The notes: generated by a model from the letters alone, not told the origin. Shown: positions 50,053 through 60,208, numbered from the stretch's first letter. The stretch: DNA of 64,000 nucleotides from Thermoplasmatota archaeon (GCA_040751795.1 JBFMHR010000002.1:32001-96000); one strand, 5' to 3'. A program made the numbers and translations.

Positions 50053-51422
50053 GCGGTCGCCCCCTTTATCCTGGAGACAGTCTCGCAGGTGAGCGCGTCG
50101 AGCTCGTCCGAGACCGCCACCTCGTAGACCTCTCGTCCCGCGATGTCCCTGAGGCCTTCCGGGAGCGCCATCCTGTTGCCGGTCGCATAGGCTTGGACAT
50201 CGGCGAGCCTGGGAGTGTCGGCGAGCAGCCTGCCACCGTCGACGACCTGGACGAGCAGGGGCTGGAGTTCCCCGTCGAGCTCGCCGCGCATCCCGAGGAC
50301 GTCCCTGACCGGCGTCTCCCCTTCGAGGAGCCTGTAAACCTGCTTCCTCCCGGGGAAGGTGCTCTTGTCCTTGGACAGCTTCAGCTTCGGGGTCGTCCGT
50401 CCGTCCTTCTCTATCTCGGCGAGTTTGTAGACCCCTCCGATGGAGGGGGAGTCCGCCGAGAGGACCAGCTCCGTCCCGATGCCGAAGATGTCGATCTCCG
50501 CACCGGCTTCCAGCATCTCGGCGATCTTGTACTCGTTGAGGTCGTTGGTGGCGAATATCCTGCCGTCCTTCTTGCCCGCGGCGTCCATTATGGCCCGCAC
50601 TTCCTTGCTCAGCGCGGCGATGTCCCCCGAGTCGAGCCTCACACCCTTTATCCGGCCAGGCAGCCTTGCCGCGGCTTCGGCCCCCTGGACCGTGTCATAT
50701 GTGTCGATGAGGGCGAGCGTATCCTCCCCGTAGATTTGGAAGTACGCCTTGAACGCCTCGTCCTCGGTGTCGAAGCTCATGACCCACGAGTGCGCATGGG
50801 TCCCGTACGAAGGGATCCCGAAGATCGCATCTGCAAGGACGTTCGAGGTGCCCATCGCACCGCCTATGAATGCCGCCCTCGCCGCCCTGAGGGCGGCTCC
50901 GACGTCCGTCCTCCTCATCCCGAACTCGATGATTGAGCGCCCCTTGGCCACTTCGACGCACCGGGCCGCCTTGGTGGCGATCTTCGTCTGGTGGTTGTAG
51001 CACATCAGCAGGTATGTCTCCGCCACCTGCGCCTCGATTATGGGCGCTTCGACCGTCATGAGCGGTTCGTTGCCGAATGCGATCGTCCCTTCTGGCATGG
51101 CCCAGGCATCCCCCGTGAACCTGAAGTCCGCGAGGTATTCCCAGAACGATTCCCTCGCACCCTTGAACGTGGGCTTGTCCCTCAGCAGTTCGATGTCGTC
51201 GTCCGTGAACCGGACATTGGTGAGGTAGTGAAGCGCCTGCTCCAGCCCGGCGACCATCATGTACGACCTGTTCTTCGGCAGCTTGCGGACGAATAGGTCG
51301 AACACGGCGATCTCATCCGTCCTCCCCATGGCGTGGTAGCCGTTGGCCATGGTGAGTTGGTAGAGGTCTGTGGCGATCCCGAGTCTCCCTTCAGGAACTA
51401 GCCCCGATTCCGGTCTTCGCGT
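50049..51422 (-). CDS. pncB: Nicotinate phosphoribosyltransferase; start upstream of ATG 51350
   Basis: In-frame TDLYQLTM, EFGMRR, GTSN, GTHAHS, LIDTYD, RLDSGD, GVYKL. Confidence 0.93.
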   Translation of the reverse strand, partial: TRRPESGLVPEGRLGIATDLYQLTMANGYHAMGRTDEIAVFDLFVRKLPKNRSYMMVAGLEQALHYLTNVRFTDDDIELLRDKPTFKGARESFWEYLADFRFTGDAWAMPEGTIAFGNEPLMTVEAPIIEAQVAETYLLMCYNHQTKIATKAARCVEVAKGRSIIEFGMRRTDVGAALRAARAAFIGGAMGTSNVLADAIFGIPSYGTHAHSWVMSFDTEDEAFKAYFQIYGEDTLALIDTYDTVQGAEAAARLPGRIKGVRLDSGDIAALSKEVRAIMDAAGKKDGRIFATNDLNEYKIAEMLEAGAEIDIFGIGTELVLSADSPSIGGVYKLAEIEKDGRTTPKLKLSKDKSTFPGRKQVYRLLEGETPVRDVLGMRGELDGELQPLLVQVVDGGRLLADTPRLADVQAYATGNRMALPEGLRDIAGREVYEVAVSDELDALTCETVSRIKGATA

Positions 51423-51435
51423 GTTACCACCTCCG

Positions 51436-51478
51436 TTAGTGTGTATCCTACACTTACTTAGTGTAGTGATTACACTAA
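51436..51478. promoter_or_regulatory. Two tandem 21-bp NrtR-type operators
   Basis: TTAGTGT-N7-ACACTTA (51436-51456) and TTAGTGT-N7-ACACTAA (51458-51478), between TATA-like TTGATATA and SD GGAGGTGG. Confidence 0.85.
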
Positions 51479-51712
51479 TTGTATATCAACGTTTCTAGGA
51501 TAATTCGGCCCCTGCGATTGGCACACGGAGAGATGAGGCATCATCCGTCAACCGCAGCAGCCACTTGCCATCGGAGGGTCATATTGAGCGGGGCGGCTCA
51601 CAAGGCTCTAAGACAATGGTTCCCTCATTCAATTGGGGACATGTCCCGATTGAGTATCTGGGTCCTCGCTCGTCCATGGTCTGGTCGTGAGACCTGTGCT
51701 CAGGTCATTGTC

Positions 51713-52222
51713 TCAAGACCCTGCAGTTCGCTGGTCTGCACGGCGCAAAGCGGCGGCGAACTCCTCCACTTTGCTGCGCCATCTGTCCTCCAGCGGCCCC
51801 TTGATGCCGGTGACATAGACCTTGCCCTCCGCAATCTTGCTGAGGCCCTTCGCCTCGAGGATCGCGTCCATGATCGGTATCACCCTCTGGCACTTTCCCA
51901 ACTCCTTCTCGGCGGGGGCCTCTCCTGTCGTCCTGTCAGCTTGAGGGTTCATCTCAGTGACCAGGATCGCATAGCGCGACCCCGAGGGAAGCCGCAGTTT
52001 CGTGAGGAACTTCCTCATGCTCTTGACCGGCTTCCCGAACCTCCCGGGGGAGCTGAAGATATACAGGTCCGCCAGCGGGATGTCATCGGGCTCGACGTCC
52101 TCGACATGATGCACGTTGACGTTCGTCCCGTTTGCCGCCATTATGTCCCTGAATTCCTCGGCGACCTTCGCCCCGTTCCCATGCACCGATCCGTGGTAGT
52201 ATTCGATCTTCATCGTCCTCAA
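51713..52222 (-). CDS. Flavodoxin-like protein
   Basis: YYHGSVHGNGAKVAE FMN loop, DLYIFSSP. Confidence 0.75.
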   Translation of the reverse strand: MRTMKIEYYHGSVHGNGAKVAEEFRDIMAANGTNVNVHHVEDVEPDDIPLADLYIFSSPGRFGKPVKSMRKFLTKLRLPSGSRYAILVTEMNPQADRTTGEAPAEKELGKCQRVIPIMDAILEAKGLSKIAEGKVYVTGIKGPLEDRWRSKVEEFAAALRRADQRTAGS

Positions 52223-52497
52223 ACCCCGCCTGTACGATTCCCTGCTTGGTTCTCCTCGACTGCGGCTCCCGCCCGTCTCCCGACTATGATGCCCATGGCC
52301 ACTATGATCATGCCAATCACGGCGCTTCCCAGGCTGCAGCCCTGGGCACTGGTGTAGAAGTCGTAGAGCTCAGGGTCCGCGGCCCTCTCCTCCTCGCTCA
52401 TCGCATTCGCATGGCTGGCCGCCCATGCTGTCGCTGCGATTCCGCTCAGCAGGAATATCCCGCCCACTGCCATCAACGCGATTCCAAGGCGTCTCAA
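52219..52497 (-). CDS. Small two-TM membrane protein
   Basis: Two hydrophobic helices; TTGA overlaps on both sides. Confidence 0.65.
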   Translation of the reverse strand: MRRLGIALMAVGGIFLLSGIAATAWAASHANAMSEEERAADPELYDFYTSAQGCSLGSAVIGMIIVAMGIIVGRRAGAAVEENQAGNRTGGV

Positions 52498-53081
52498 GTG
52501 TCTTCCCCCCTGGTCTGGTCATGAATTCGGCCCGCGATTCCGGGATTCTGCAAAGGGCTCGAATCCCTCCCTGGAGCGGATGCAGCCGCTGATTCCTCTT
52601 GGACGCCTGCGACGATCTGCCCCACGAAATTCCCGAGCTTCTTCTCGTAAGTCCCGGCTTTGAGGTCCCGCCTCTCCCTTATCTCGAGACACGCAATCGG
52701 CTCCATTGAGAGGATGGCCTCCATGTCCTCGAAGGCCTGGTTCTTCTTGAGCATGTGCGTAAGGAAGAATGCCGACTTCTTGATCTTGCCCTTGTTCATC
52801 GTGAGATATGTCCGTATCGGCGCGGAGACTCTACTGCTGTAGACCGGCGTTCCAATCACGACAAGATCGTACGAGGAGGGATCATTCGCTGGTCGCCCGA
52901 TCTCCGTGAGGTTCATCTTCTGAGCGTCTCTGCCAGATGTCAGCATGTGTATCCCATTCCTCTTCCGCTTGTCGACCACGGCTTCGATGTCGCACCCCAG
53001 CCTGTTCGCCAAATCCTCCGCGAGGTCTTTCGTCTTGCCCGCTCTCGAGTAATACACCACCAAAGTTCGCATGTTCTTCAT
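52494..53081 (-). CDS. Flavodoxin-like protein
   Basis: VVYYSRAGKT, YDLVVIGTPVY, AFFLT. Confidence 0.85.
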   Translation of the reverse strand: MKNMRTLVVYYSRAGKTKDLAEDLANRLGCDIEAVVDKRKRNGIHMLTSGRDAQKMNLTEIGRPANDPSSYDLVVIGTPVYSSRVSAPIRTYLTMNKGKIKKSAFFLTHMLKKNQAFEDMEAILSMEPIACLEIRERRDLKAGTYEKKLGNFVGQIVAGVQEESAAASAPGRDSSPLQNPGIAGRIHDQTRGEDT

Positions 53082-53662
53082 TCCCTCTCACCATCCTTTC
53101 TGGCCGTCACGTCGATTGCGTGATGGACGTCGGCGATCTGCATCAGTTTGGCAGAACAGGAGGGTCTGTGCATGTTCTCGGACGCAGCTCCACCTTGGTG
53201 CTTCTTCAGTCTATGGAAGTAGAATGCAGCCGTCCCAAGTGACAGGCCCCATGCGATGAACAGTGAATACCAGTAGAGTCCCCAGATTGCGTTCGGGTTT
53301 GATTCTGAGGCGAAGTACTGCTCTGATGATGCCGCTTCATTGAATGCGAGCTGAACTTGAAGGCAGAAATAGGCGACACCCCACATGGTGAGCCCTGCCG
53401 ATATGGCCAGAGCTGGAAGCGTGGACGTCCACTCTGGTAGGCGTCTCACCCAAGTAGAATGAGTGAACACTATCGCACAGATTGCAGCGAGAACGGCCAG
53501 GCCGCCGACGATCAACAGCGCACTGTTCTCGGCCGTTCCCTGGAAGTCTCCTGGATATGTCAATGATACTCCAAACCAGAACCAGAAGTGCGGAATGGCG
53601 AATACCACAGCACAGACACCGGAGACCAGGCCGGCCATTCTGACTCTCTCTTCCATCTTCAT
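53078..53662 (-). CDS. Four-TM membrane protein of unknown function
   Basis: Hydrophobic helices, PHFWFW motif; ATGA overlaps. Confidence 0.65.
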   Translation of the reverse strand: MKMEERVRMAGLVSGVCAVVFAIPHFWFWFGVSLTYPGDFQGTAENSALLIVGGLAVLAAICAIVFTHSTWVRRLPEWTSTLPALAISAGLTMWGVAYFCLQVQLAFNEAASSEQYFASESNPNAIWGLYWYSLFIAWGLSLGTAAFYFHRLKKHQGGAASENMHRPSCSAKLMQIADVHHAIDVTARKDGERE

Positions 53663-54234
53663 GCTATCTCCCCGACTGTCTCTCGAAAGCTGTCTCGTTG
53701 GGCGGCGAGCTTCGCGTATGTTCTTGTTCGTGGCAGAAGCGCCAGGATGAGTATGACCGCGCCAAGGACAGCGAAGGTCACCTGCAGGAACCGAGGGAAG
53801 CCTTCAGGAGAACCGATGTAGTAGACCTCCACGATGATCCAGGCTATGAGTATGACCCCGGTCGCCGCGGCCCCGGTCCAGGCCCAGTTCTGGCCGGTCC
53901 ACTTGTTTATGGCGTCAGTCCAGCTCCACCTCGGGAGTTTCCATAGGCCATATATGATGAGGATCGGGAGTACGCCGTAGCAGGTGACGAAGAAGAGCCC
54001 TACTAGGAGGAAGTCTCCGACCGGCGTGCCCTCGAGGATCGATGTGTCCATGTCGTGAGTCCCTCCAGATGGGTCCCTGATGAACTGCATTCCGCTGGCA
54101 AATCCGAAGAATACCAGGACTGCCTCCAACACTATCAGGGCCTTCACCGAGACCGGCATGGGCCGGTCTCCCTTCGTGGCCGCGCTCCTTCGGTCAACCT
54201 CGTCCGTCTTCCTATCAGAGTTCCTTCTGTCCAT
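53659..54234 (-). CDS. Four-TM membrane protein of unknown function
   Basis: DPSG...LEGTP..DFLL.GL, WI.VE, LQ pattern; GGAGGT upstream. Confidence 0.7.
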   Translation of the reverse strand: MDRRNSDRKTDEVDRRSAATKGDRPMPVSVKALIVLEAVLVFFGFASGMQFIRDPSGGTHDMDTSILEGTPVGDFLLVGLFFVTCYGVLPILIIYGLWKLPRWSWTDAINKWTGQNWAWTGAAATGVILIAWIIVEVYYIGSPEGFPRFLQVTFAVLGAVILILALLPRTRTYAKLAAQRDSFRETVGEIA

Positions 54235-54245
54235 TCTCATACCTC

Positions 54246-54509
54246 CTAGCATCTAGCCTTCTTGCCTCTCCTTGATCGCACAATCTTCGTCACAGCCGCG
54301 CACTCGCCTCCGATTCCATCGGCCGCTGCTTCGAGCTCGCACAGCACCCGGCATTCGTCACAGTGGCCCAGCGAGTCCCCCCTGTTGCTGAGGGTGCTGA
54401 GGATGCAGTTCATCCGGTCCAGGTCCGTCGTGCCGCGCGTCTCACCCTTCCCGTTCGGACGGCCGTCGACCCCTTTCCGCCGCACCTTCTCCGTCATGTC
54501 CCTCTTCAT
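54246..54509 (-). CDS. Small Cys-containing hypothetical protein
   Basis: 87 aa, CDECRVLC; directly upstream of the co-oriented operon. Confidence 0.45.
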   Translation of the reverse strand: MKRDMTEKVRRKGVDGRPNGKGETRGTTDLDRMNCILSTLSNRGDSLGHCDECRVLCELEAAADGIGGECAAVTKIVRSRRGKKARC

Positions 54510-54699
54510 CTGATGCCCTCAGAGGTCGTGGGAGACATAGTTCCACGTTCACAGCCCGGTTGAAGATGTGTGGCATGAGACGGGCTGAATTTGTCCGGTC
54601 CTTCACGTGCAGGGTTGCAGCAACGGACATCCCCCGAGGCACTGGCGGGGCGGAAAGGGCACATCGAGACCCGGCCTGTCATCCCCTTGTCCCGGCCTT

Positions 54700-54790
54700 C
54701 TCGTTCGACAACCGGTCTCGCCAGGTCACGGGCCGGGGTCCTAGAATTGGCGAAGAGCATCTGACAGAGCCGGGTACCTGCCCCGTCCAT
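54700..54790 (-). pseudogene. Remnant of an Lrp/AsnC-type HTH regulator
   Basis: MDGAGTRLCQMLFANSRTPARDLA resembles the start of the regulator at 43866, then similarity is lost. Confidence 0.45.
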
Positions 54791-55014
54791 CCGAATCGCG
54801 GCGCGCCGCCCGGTACACCCCTCCGGTGCCCGGATTGCCACAGACGGCTCAAGGGACTGAGGGTACTGTGGTTCGTGCCCTCGCCTTTGGAAAGGGGCAT
54901 CTCGTCGGGAGCCCTCGTGTGAGCTTGGGCTCGAGGTCCGGGCGTCGTCAGGGCTCTCATTGACTGTGCCTGCGGCGGCGATTACGGACAGTCGAGGGCG
55001 TCCATTGGGGCCGG

Positions 55015-56085
55015 TCACTCATGATTGTGCCTGTGGTGTATGTCAGGCCAGTGGTCATGATCGTGGACGGTGGCCCTGTGCGTATGTTCATGGCTGTGTG
55101 GCGCACGGGCCGGAGCAGCGTCGCAGTGGTCGTGGTCAGGGTCCCCGTGTGAGTGCATGTGAGTGTGAGTGATCTCCTCATGCTCGTGCTCATGCGCGTG
55201 CCTCTCGTATACCAGGGCCAGGACGCCGAGGACCATGAGCGCGAGGGCTGGGAACACAGTCCACCCGAGCCATTCCCTCAAGACGAGGACCGAGATGGCG
55301 GCCCCTATGAATGGGCCAAGGCTGAAGAACAGGCCCGTCCGAGATGCCCCGAGCCCTTGGAGCGCCAGGACGAAGAACACCAGGCTCGCGCCGTAGCTCA
55401 CAGCGCCCAGGAGGAGGGCCCACAGTACCCCGGGGTCGAACGGGATGCTCGGGCCCAATGCGGCCGCGATGGCCAGCGATGCGCTGCCCGCAACGCCCCC
55501 TTTCAGGAGGGCTATCTGTACGGGGTCCCGGCCGCAGATGTTCCTCGTCAGGTTGTTGTCCAGCCCCCATCCGAACCCGGCGATGACCAGTAGCAGGAAG
55601 CCGGTGAGACTCCAGTCTCCTTCGGAGGGGTCCCAGCTCAGGAGCACGCCTGCAGCGGTGACACACAACAGGGCGACAACCAGCCTCCTGCCGAGGTTCT
55701 CCCTGAACAGCATCGTTGCGATGATGGCCGTTGCGACGCCCTCCATGTTCAGGAGTAGGGAGGCGGAGAAGCCGGAGATCAGCGTGAGGCCGACCATGAG
55801 GGCCACGGGCGCAAGGATCCCGCCTGAGACGATGGCCCCTGCAAGCCATGGCATGTCGGCTCGCCGCAGGGCATTGACGGACGAGGTGGCTCCTCCGCGC
55901 ATGGCCCGGCGCAGCGCGACGTACGACCCCAGTCCGAGGAACGCCCCCAGATAGAGGAGGCCGGCCAACGCCACTGGGGGTATGTCGCCTACCAGCAGCT
56001 TTGCGAAGGGCGTGCTCAGGCCGAACAGGGCGGCGGCCAGAACTGCGAAGGTGACCGGCATGAGGCTGGGGTGAGGGACCTGCAT
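55015..56085 (-). CDS. DMT/EamA transporter with His-rich C-terminal tail
   Basis: About 10 TM helices in two EamA repeats; tail HAHEHEHE...HWPDIHHRHNH. Confidence 0.88.
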   Translation of the reverse strand: MQVPHPSLMPVTFAVLAAALFGLSTPFAKLLVGDIPPVALAGLLYLGAFLGLGSYVALRRAMRGGATSSVNALRRADMPWLAGAIVSGGILAPVALMVGLTLISGFSASLLLNMEGVATAIIATMLFRENLGRRLVVALLCVTAAGVLLSWDPSEGDWSLTGFLLLVIAGFGWGLDNNLTRNICGRDPVQIALLKGGVAGSASLAIAAALGPSIPFDPGVLWALLLGAVSYGASLVFFVLALQGLGASRTGLFFSLGPFIGAAISVLVLREWLGWTVFPALALMVLGVLALVYERHAHEHEHEEITHTHMHSHGDPDHDHCDAAPARAPHSHEHTHRATVHDHDHWPDIHHRHNHE

Positions 56086-56563
56086 GAGTGCGATCCTCGC
56101 GCTTGGAAATGCTCACGATGATTTAACTTGAGTGCCGCAAATGGAGAGATATGCGGTGCCTGAGCCTTCGGGAGGTCTGAAGGGCAGGAGACGCGAGGGG
56201 GCCGGTCTGATGCAGCGGACATGTCCTCTCCGTCCCCATGCCAGAGGTGGCTGTTCAGATAGGCCCGTATCTCTCGTGGTTGATACGGTTGTCTTGGGGG
56301 CAGGGGCCGAGCTCTGGTCCATACGCCCGCGCACCCTCGAGGATTCATGGCAATCCGTTGGGGAGAGACTGATGGAAGGCCTGAGGCGCAAGCGACTCTT
56401 GCAGCCTTCCATTGACCATCCCGGATGCTCGGGCTCCTCCACACAACGGAGTCGTTGTCCCAGGGATTCCGCTGGCAGCATCCTCCGTGTATGGTCCGCG
56501 TCTGCGCACGTCATCACCCCACTGTGGTCCCCAGGAATCAGATCCCTCTAGCCTCAGGGATGG

Positions 56564-57277
56564 CTATCCATCTGTATCGTGGCTGCCCCGCCTTGGGGGT
56601 CCACCTCGAGCGCGGTCGTGAGGGGGTAGTTGAATCGTCCCCTCCGGCCCGCGCAAGACAGCGGCGACGTGCATGGCAGCATGAGAACCTACCACTGCGA
56701 TCGGGTTTCCGGTCAACAGGTAGCCCGCGGACCCAATCACAAGGGCGAAGACCGGCAGTATGAGAGAGCGGTTCCTGAACTCAGGATAGCCCAGGTGATA
56801 GACCGCCGTGACCAATGCGCTCGATGCCAGAGCCATCGCCCCCACGAGGAGGTCGCTGCCGATGCTCGATCCCCACCCAAGCTCGCCGAAGAAATCCCTA
56901 ATGGCCAGCACGGGAAGCACGGAGAGGAGGGCGCTGTCGACCACGCCGTAGATGACTCCTGACCAGACCATGTCCGCCACAAGCCTCATCCCTCTCAGCC
57001 TTGGAGAGGCTGGCTGTCTCATCACGCTGAACACCAGGAATGCCCCTATCAGCGCGGCAGCGACCAGGCCTAGCGCCAGGTTGTGCATCAAGGACTCATC
57101 GATGCGGACCTCGCTCCACAGGAGGTAGCCGCCAAACAATGCGGAAGAGAGGGCTACATAGGGAACCAGATAAGACCGTCTCCGCATGCCCCGGACCCCT
57201 GCGAAGTACCATGCGACCGAATACCCGAGTCCCGCAGCAGCGAGAATCCAGAGTATGTGGAGCCAACCGCCCTCCAT
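56564..57277 (-). CDS. Multi-TM membrane protein, CPBP/Abi-like
   Basis: YHLGYPEF and H.AMH motifs. Confidence 0.6.
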   Translation of the reverse strand: MEGGWLHILWILAAAGLGYSVAWYFAGVRGMRRRSYLVPYVALSSALFGGYLLWSEVRIDESLMHNLALGLVAAALIGAFLVFSVMRQPASPRLRGMRLVADMVWSGVIYGVVDSALLSVLPVLAIRDFFGELGWGSSIGSDLLVGAMALASSALVTAVYHLGYPEFRNRSLILPVFALVIGSAGYLLTGNPIAVVGSHAAMHVAAVLRGPEGTIQLPPHDRARGGPPRRGSHDTDG

Positions 57278-57593
57278 CAACCCGCCAGCCCCCTGAATCC
57301 TCCATCGAGATGGTGATGAATCATGCGCACGCAACAGTCAAGGGTCCAGCGCCTAAGGGATTTTTCCTCTGACAACTCACGTTGTCGCCCCGGGGCCAGC
57401 AGCCGTGCCTGAGGGAGGCCGGGCCGGGGCTTATATAACGACGCGCCTTACGGCCGCCAAGATTGCCATGAATGCTGGTTGAAGGAGAGAAAACGCCATC
57501 TTCTGTGGCCGACGAAGTTTTATGATTCGCAGCCCGCTCGCGCCACGTCGGCGCACCTACAGATGCCTGTCAGGTGGGCGAGAGGGAGACACC

Positions 57594-58367
57594 ATGCACA
57601 TCAAGGAGATTGCACGAAGTGAATTGGCGGAATTCCTCAAGGTCAGGTGGAAGCCGGAGAGGGACCTGCTGATCGTGTTGTGCTCGTATATTGCACTGGT
57701 AGCCACGATGTTCACAGCGTTCGAGATAGTGACGAGCGACAACGTCGCGCCGTACTTCATCCTTTACGGGTTCGTCACGATTCTCCTGATCGGGGTGGTC
57801 GTCCCCCTGGCCTACACCGTGCTCGTCCGGAAGAGGCCTCTGTCAGAGGTCGGCATCACCAAGAAGTACTGGATAGCGAGCCTGGTGCTGGGCGCCATCC
57901 TCGGCCTCGTCACGTATCAGGGGACCCTCGCGCAGGACGAGCTGCCCGTGTTCGAGGAGCTGATGCCGCTGGTGATGGTGGCGTTCACCGTGGGACTCTT
58001 TGAGGCGGTGTTCTTCAGAGGCTGGGCCCAGCTCGCCTTCGAGAGGTCGTTCGGAGCGATGCCGGCGGTGCTCATCGGCTCGGCCATGTACTCCCTCTAC
58101 CACATCGGGTACGGGATGGAGGCATCCGAGCTTATGTTCCTGTTCGTCCTCGGCGTGACCTTCGCGCTGGCATTCAGAGCCACCAGGAACGTGCTCGTGC
58201 TCTGGCCTCTCTACACATGGGTCGGCGGGCTGCATAACAACGTCGCGGAGGGGCTCACGATGGATTTCGGCGCGGTCTATGGCTTCACCATAGTGCTCGT
58301 GCTGATACTCATGTCGATTGCGGCCATCTCCCGGAGGGGCAGGAAACTGGCGGCGGGGTCCTCCTAG
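57594..58367 (+). CDS. CPBP (CAAX/Abi) intramembrane protease family protein
   Basis: FEAVFFRG, YSLYH, RATRN motifs. Confidence 0.8.
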   Translation: MHIKEIARSELAEFLKVRWKPERDLLIVLCSYIALVATMFTAFEIVTSDNVAPYFILYGFVTILLIGVVVPLAYTVLVRKRPLSEVGITKKYWIASLVLGAILGLVTYQGTLAQDELPVFEELMPLVMVAFTVGLFEAVFFRGWAQLAFERSFGAMPAVLIGSAMYSLYHIGYGMEASELMFLFVLGVTFALAFRATRNVLVLWPLYTWVGGLHNNVAEGLTMDFGAVYGFTIVLVLILMSIAAISRRGRKLAAGSS

Positions 58368-58660
58368 GATGCGGGGTCCGAAGGCGCGCGAGCTCAGGCC
58401 AACCGCCCCGCCTGAGCGGCTGATGGCGTCCGGTCAGGAGCGTGTCCGGGGAGAGGGCGACCGCACCCGGGCGGGCTCGGTCGGGCCGGGCGCCCTCTGC
58501 AGGGAGGCCCTGAGGCCGGAGCGAGGAATGGGGAGATGCCTATGACCGGCCTGCTCCTGATGTCCTTGCGCATCTCATCTGCACCTGTCTCCGACCCAGT
58601 AGCGAACGTGGGCGCATCGTCACCCGGACGGTCCCCGTGCGCCGACCCCGGCGGTCGACG

Positions 58661-60208
58661 TCAGGGCGACAACGGCGGGGCGCGCACCAGTGCCTTGCGG
58701 AACAGCAGGACGATCTTCGTCCCCTGGGTCTGGTCCCCCGGGACCCGGTCCTCGATCCGCAGCATCCCGCCGATGTGCTCTGCGACCAGGGACAAGAAGG
58801 GGAGCGAGGTCGCTATGCCCCGTCTCATGCGGTTCTCCGGTTCGAACACCTCGACCATCAGCCCTCTCTTCGCATCATCCGGGATGCCGGGCCCGTTGTC
58901 GGAGATCTCCACCCTCCAGTAGCGGTTGCTGTCGGACTTGCCCGCGGGCGATATCCTCACCCATATCTTGACCGCGTCCTTGCCGCTGTGCTTCACCGCG
59001 TTCTCCAGCACCTCATCGACTATGTCCTGGACGTAGCAGCCGCCGACCGCCCCGATCCCGGCATCGGGCGGCAGGCTGTGGTCGAATTCAAGCCGCTTGT
59101 TCGCATGTCTGTTCCTGAGGTCCCCCTCCTTCGCCTCGATGATCTGCCGGAGGTCGGCTATCTCGCACTTCTCGCGCGAATCCGTCTCCGACCCCGAGAG
59201 CCGCCTAGTGTTCCTCACGAAAGCGGCCGCTCGCTCGATCTGCCTGACCACCTTGCCCGCGGTGTCCCTCACCCATGGGCTCGACGTCGGGTCTGTCGAG
59301 ATCATCTCTGAGTACATCATGATGGGGCTCAGTATGTTCGTCATGTCATGGGCTATGAAGTCGAGGTACGTCTGGGCCTTGATTGCGGACGCCTCGCACT
59401 CATCCCTGCTGATCCGGAGCTCGGTCTCCGCCTTCCGCTTCTCGGTGATATCGCGGTCCGCGCCCTGAAATCCGGTCAACGCCCCGGACGAATCGATGCA
59501 CGGTACGGCGGTGCTCTCGAGGTAGCGGAGGGAGCCGTCCCCATGGGTCCAGACCGAGATGCACCCGAGCCACCCCTCCTTCGCCTCCACATGGTTCCTC
59601 AGCTCGTCCCTCTCACGCCCCCTCTCGTCCTCGGGCATGAGTTCGATGTACGAGACGTCGATCAGCTCTTCGGGGGAGTAGCCGAGGATGTCCTTCACGG
59701 CGGGGTTGCTGTACGTGATCTTCCCCTCTGGGTCGATCATCCAGATCCACTCCTTCGTCGTCTCCACGATGCTCCGGAACCGCTCCTCGCTGTCGCGGAG
59801 CCCCCTCTCAACCCTCTCCTTCTCCCGCCTGGTGGCCGCGTCCCGCAGCTCCCTGTCTATGGCTGGGACAAGGCGGGAGAGGTCGTCCTTGTTGACCCAG
59901 TCGTCCGCCCCGTCCTTCAGCAGCCTGACCGCCATCTCGGCGCTTATCCTCCCGGAGACGATGATGAACGGTATGTCTCCTCCGTGCTCGGTCAACACGT
60001 TCAGGGCCATGGGGGCGCTGAACTCCGGCATCGCGTGGTCCGCGATGACGATGTCCCAGCTGCGGGACTTCAGCGCATCCGCCATCGTTGCGGCGGTCTG
60101 GACGCGCTCGAACTCGACGTCGTACCCATTGCGTTCGAGCAGGCGGACCATCAATAGGGCGTCGCTCTCGGAATCCTCGACAATCAGGGCTCGCAGCAGG
60201 GTGCTCAT
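58661..60208 (-). CDS. Hybrid REC-PAS-histidine kinase
   Basis: LIVED..D receiver, PAS, AHDMTN H-box, ENAVKH, DNGPGI. Confidence 0.88.
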   Translation of the reverse strand: MSTLLRALIVEDSESDALLMVRLLERNGYDVEFERVQTAATMADALKSRSWDIVIADHAMPEFSAPMALNVLTEHGGDIPFIIVSGRISAEMAVRLLKDGADDWVNKDDLSRLVPAIDRELRDAATRREKERVERGLRDSEERFRSIVETTKEWIWMIDPEGKITYSNPAVKDILGYSPEELIDVSYIELMPEDERGRERDELRNHVEAKEGWLGCISVWTHGDGSLRYLESTAVPCIDSSGALTGFQGADRDITEKRKAETELRISRDECEASAIKAQTYLDFIAHDMTNILSPIMMYSEMISTDPTSSPWVRDTAGKVVRQIERAAAFVRNTRRLSGSETDSREKCEIADLRQIIEAKEGDLRNRHANKRLEFDHSLPPDAGIGAVGGCYVQDIVDEVLENAVKHSGKDAVKIWVRISPAGKSDSNRYWRVEISDNGPGIPDDAKRGLMVEVFEPENRMRRGIATSLPFLSLVAEHIGGMLRIEDRVPGDQTQGTKIVLLFRKALVRAPPLSP

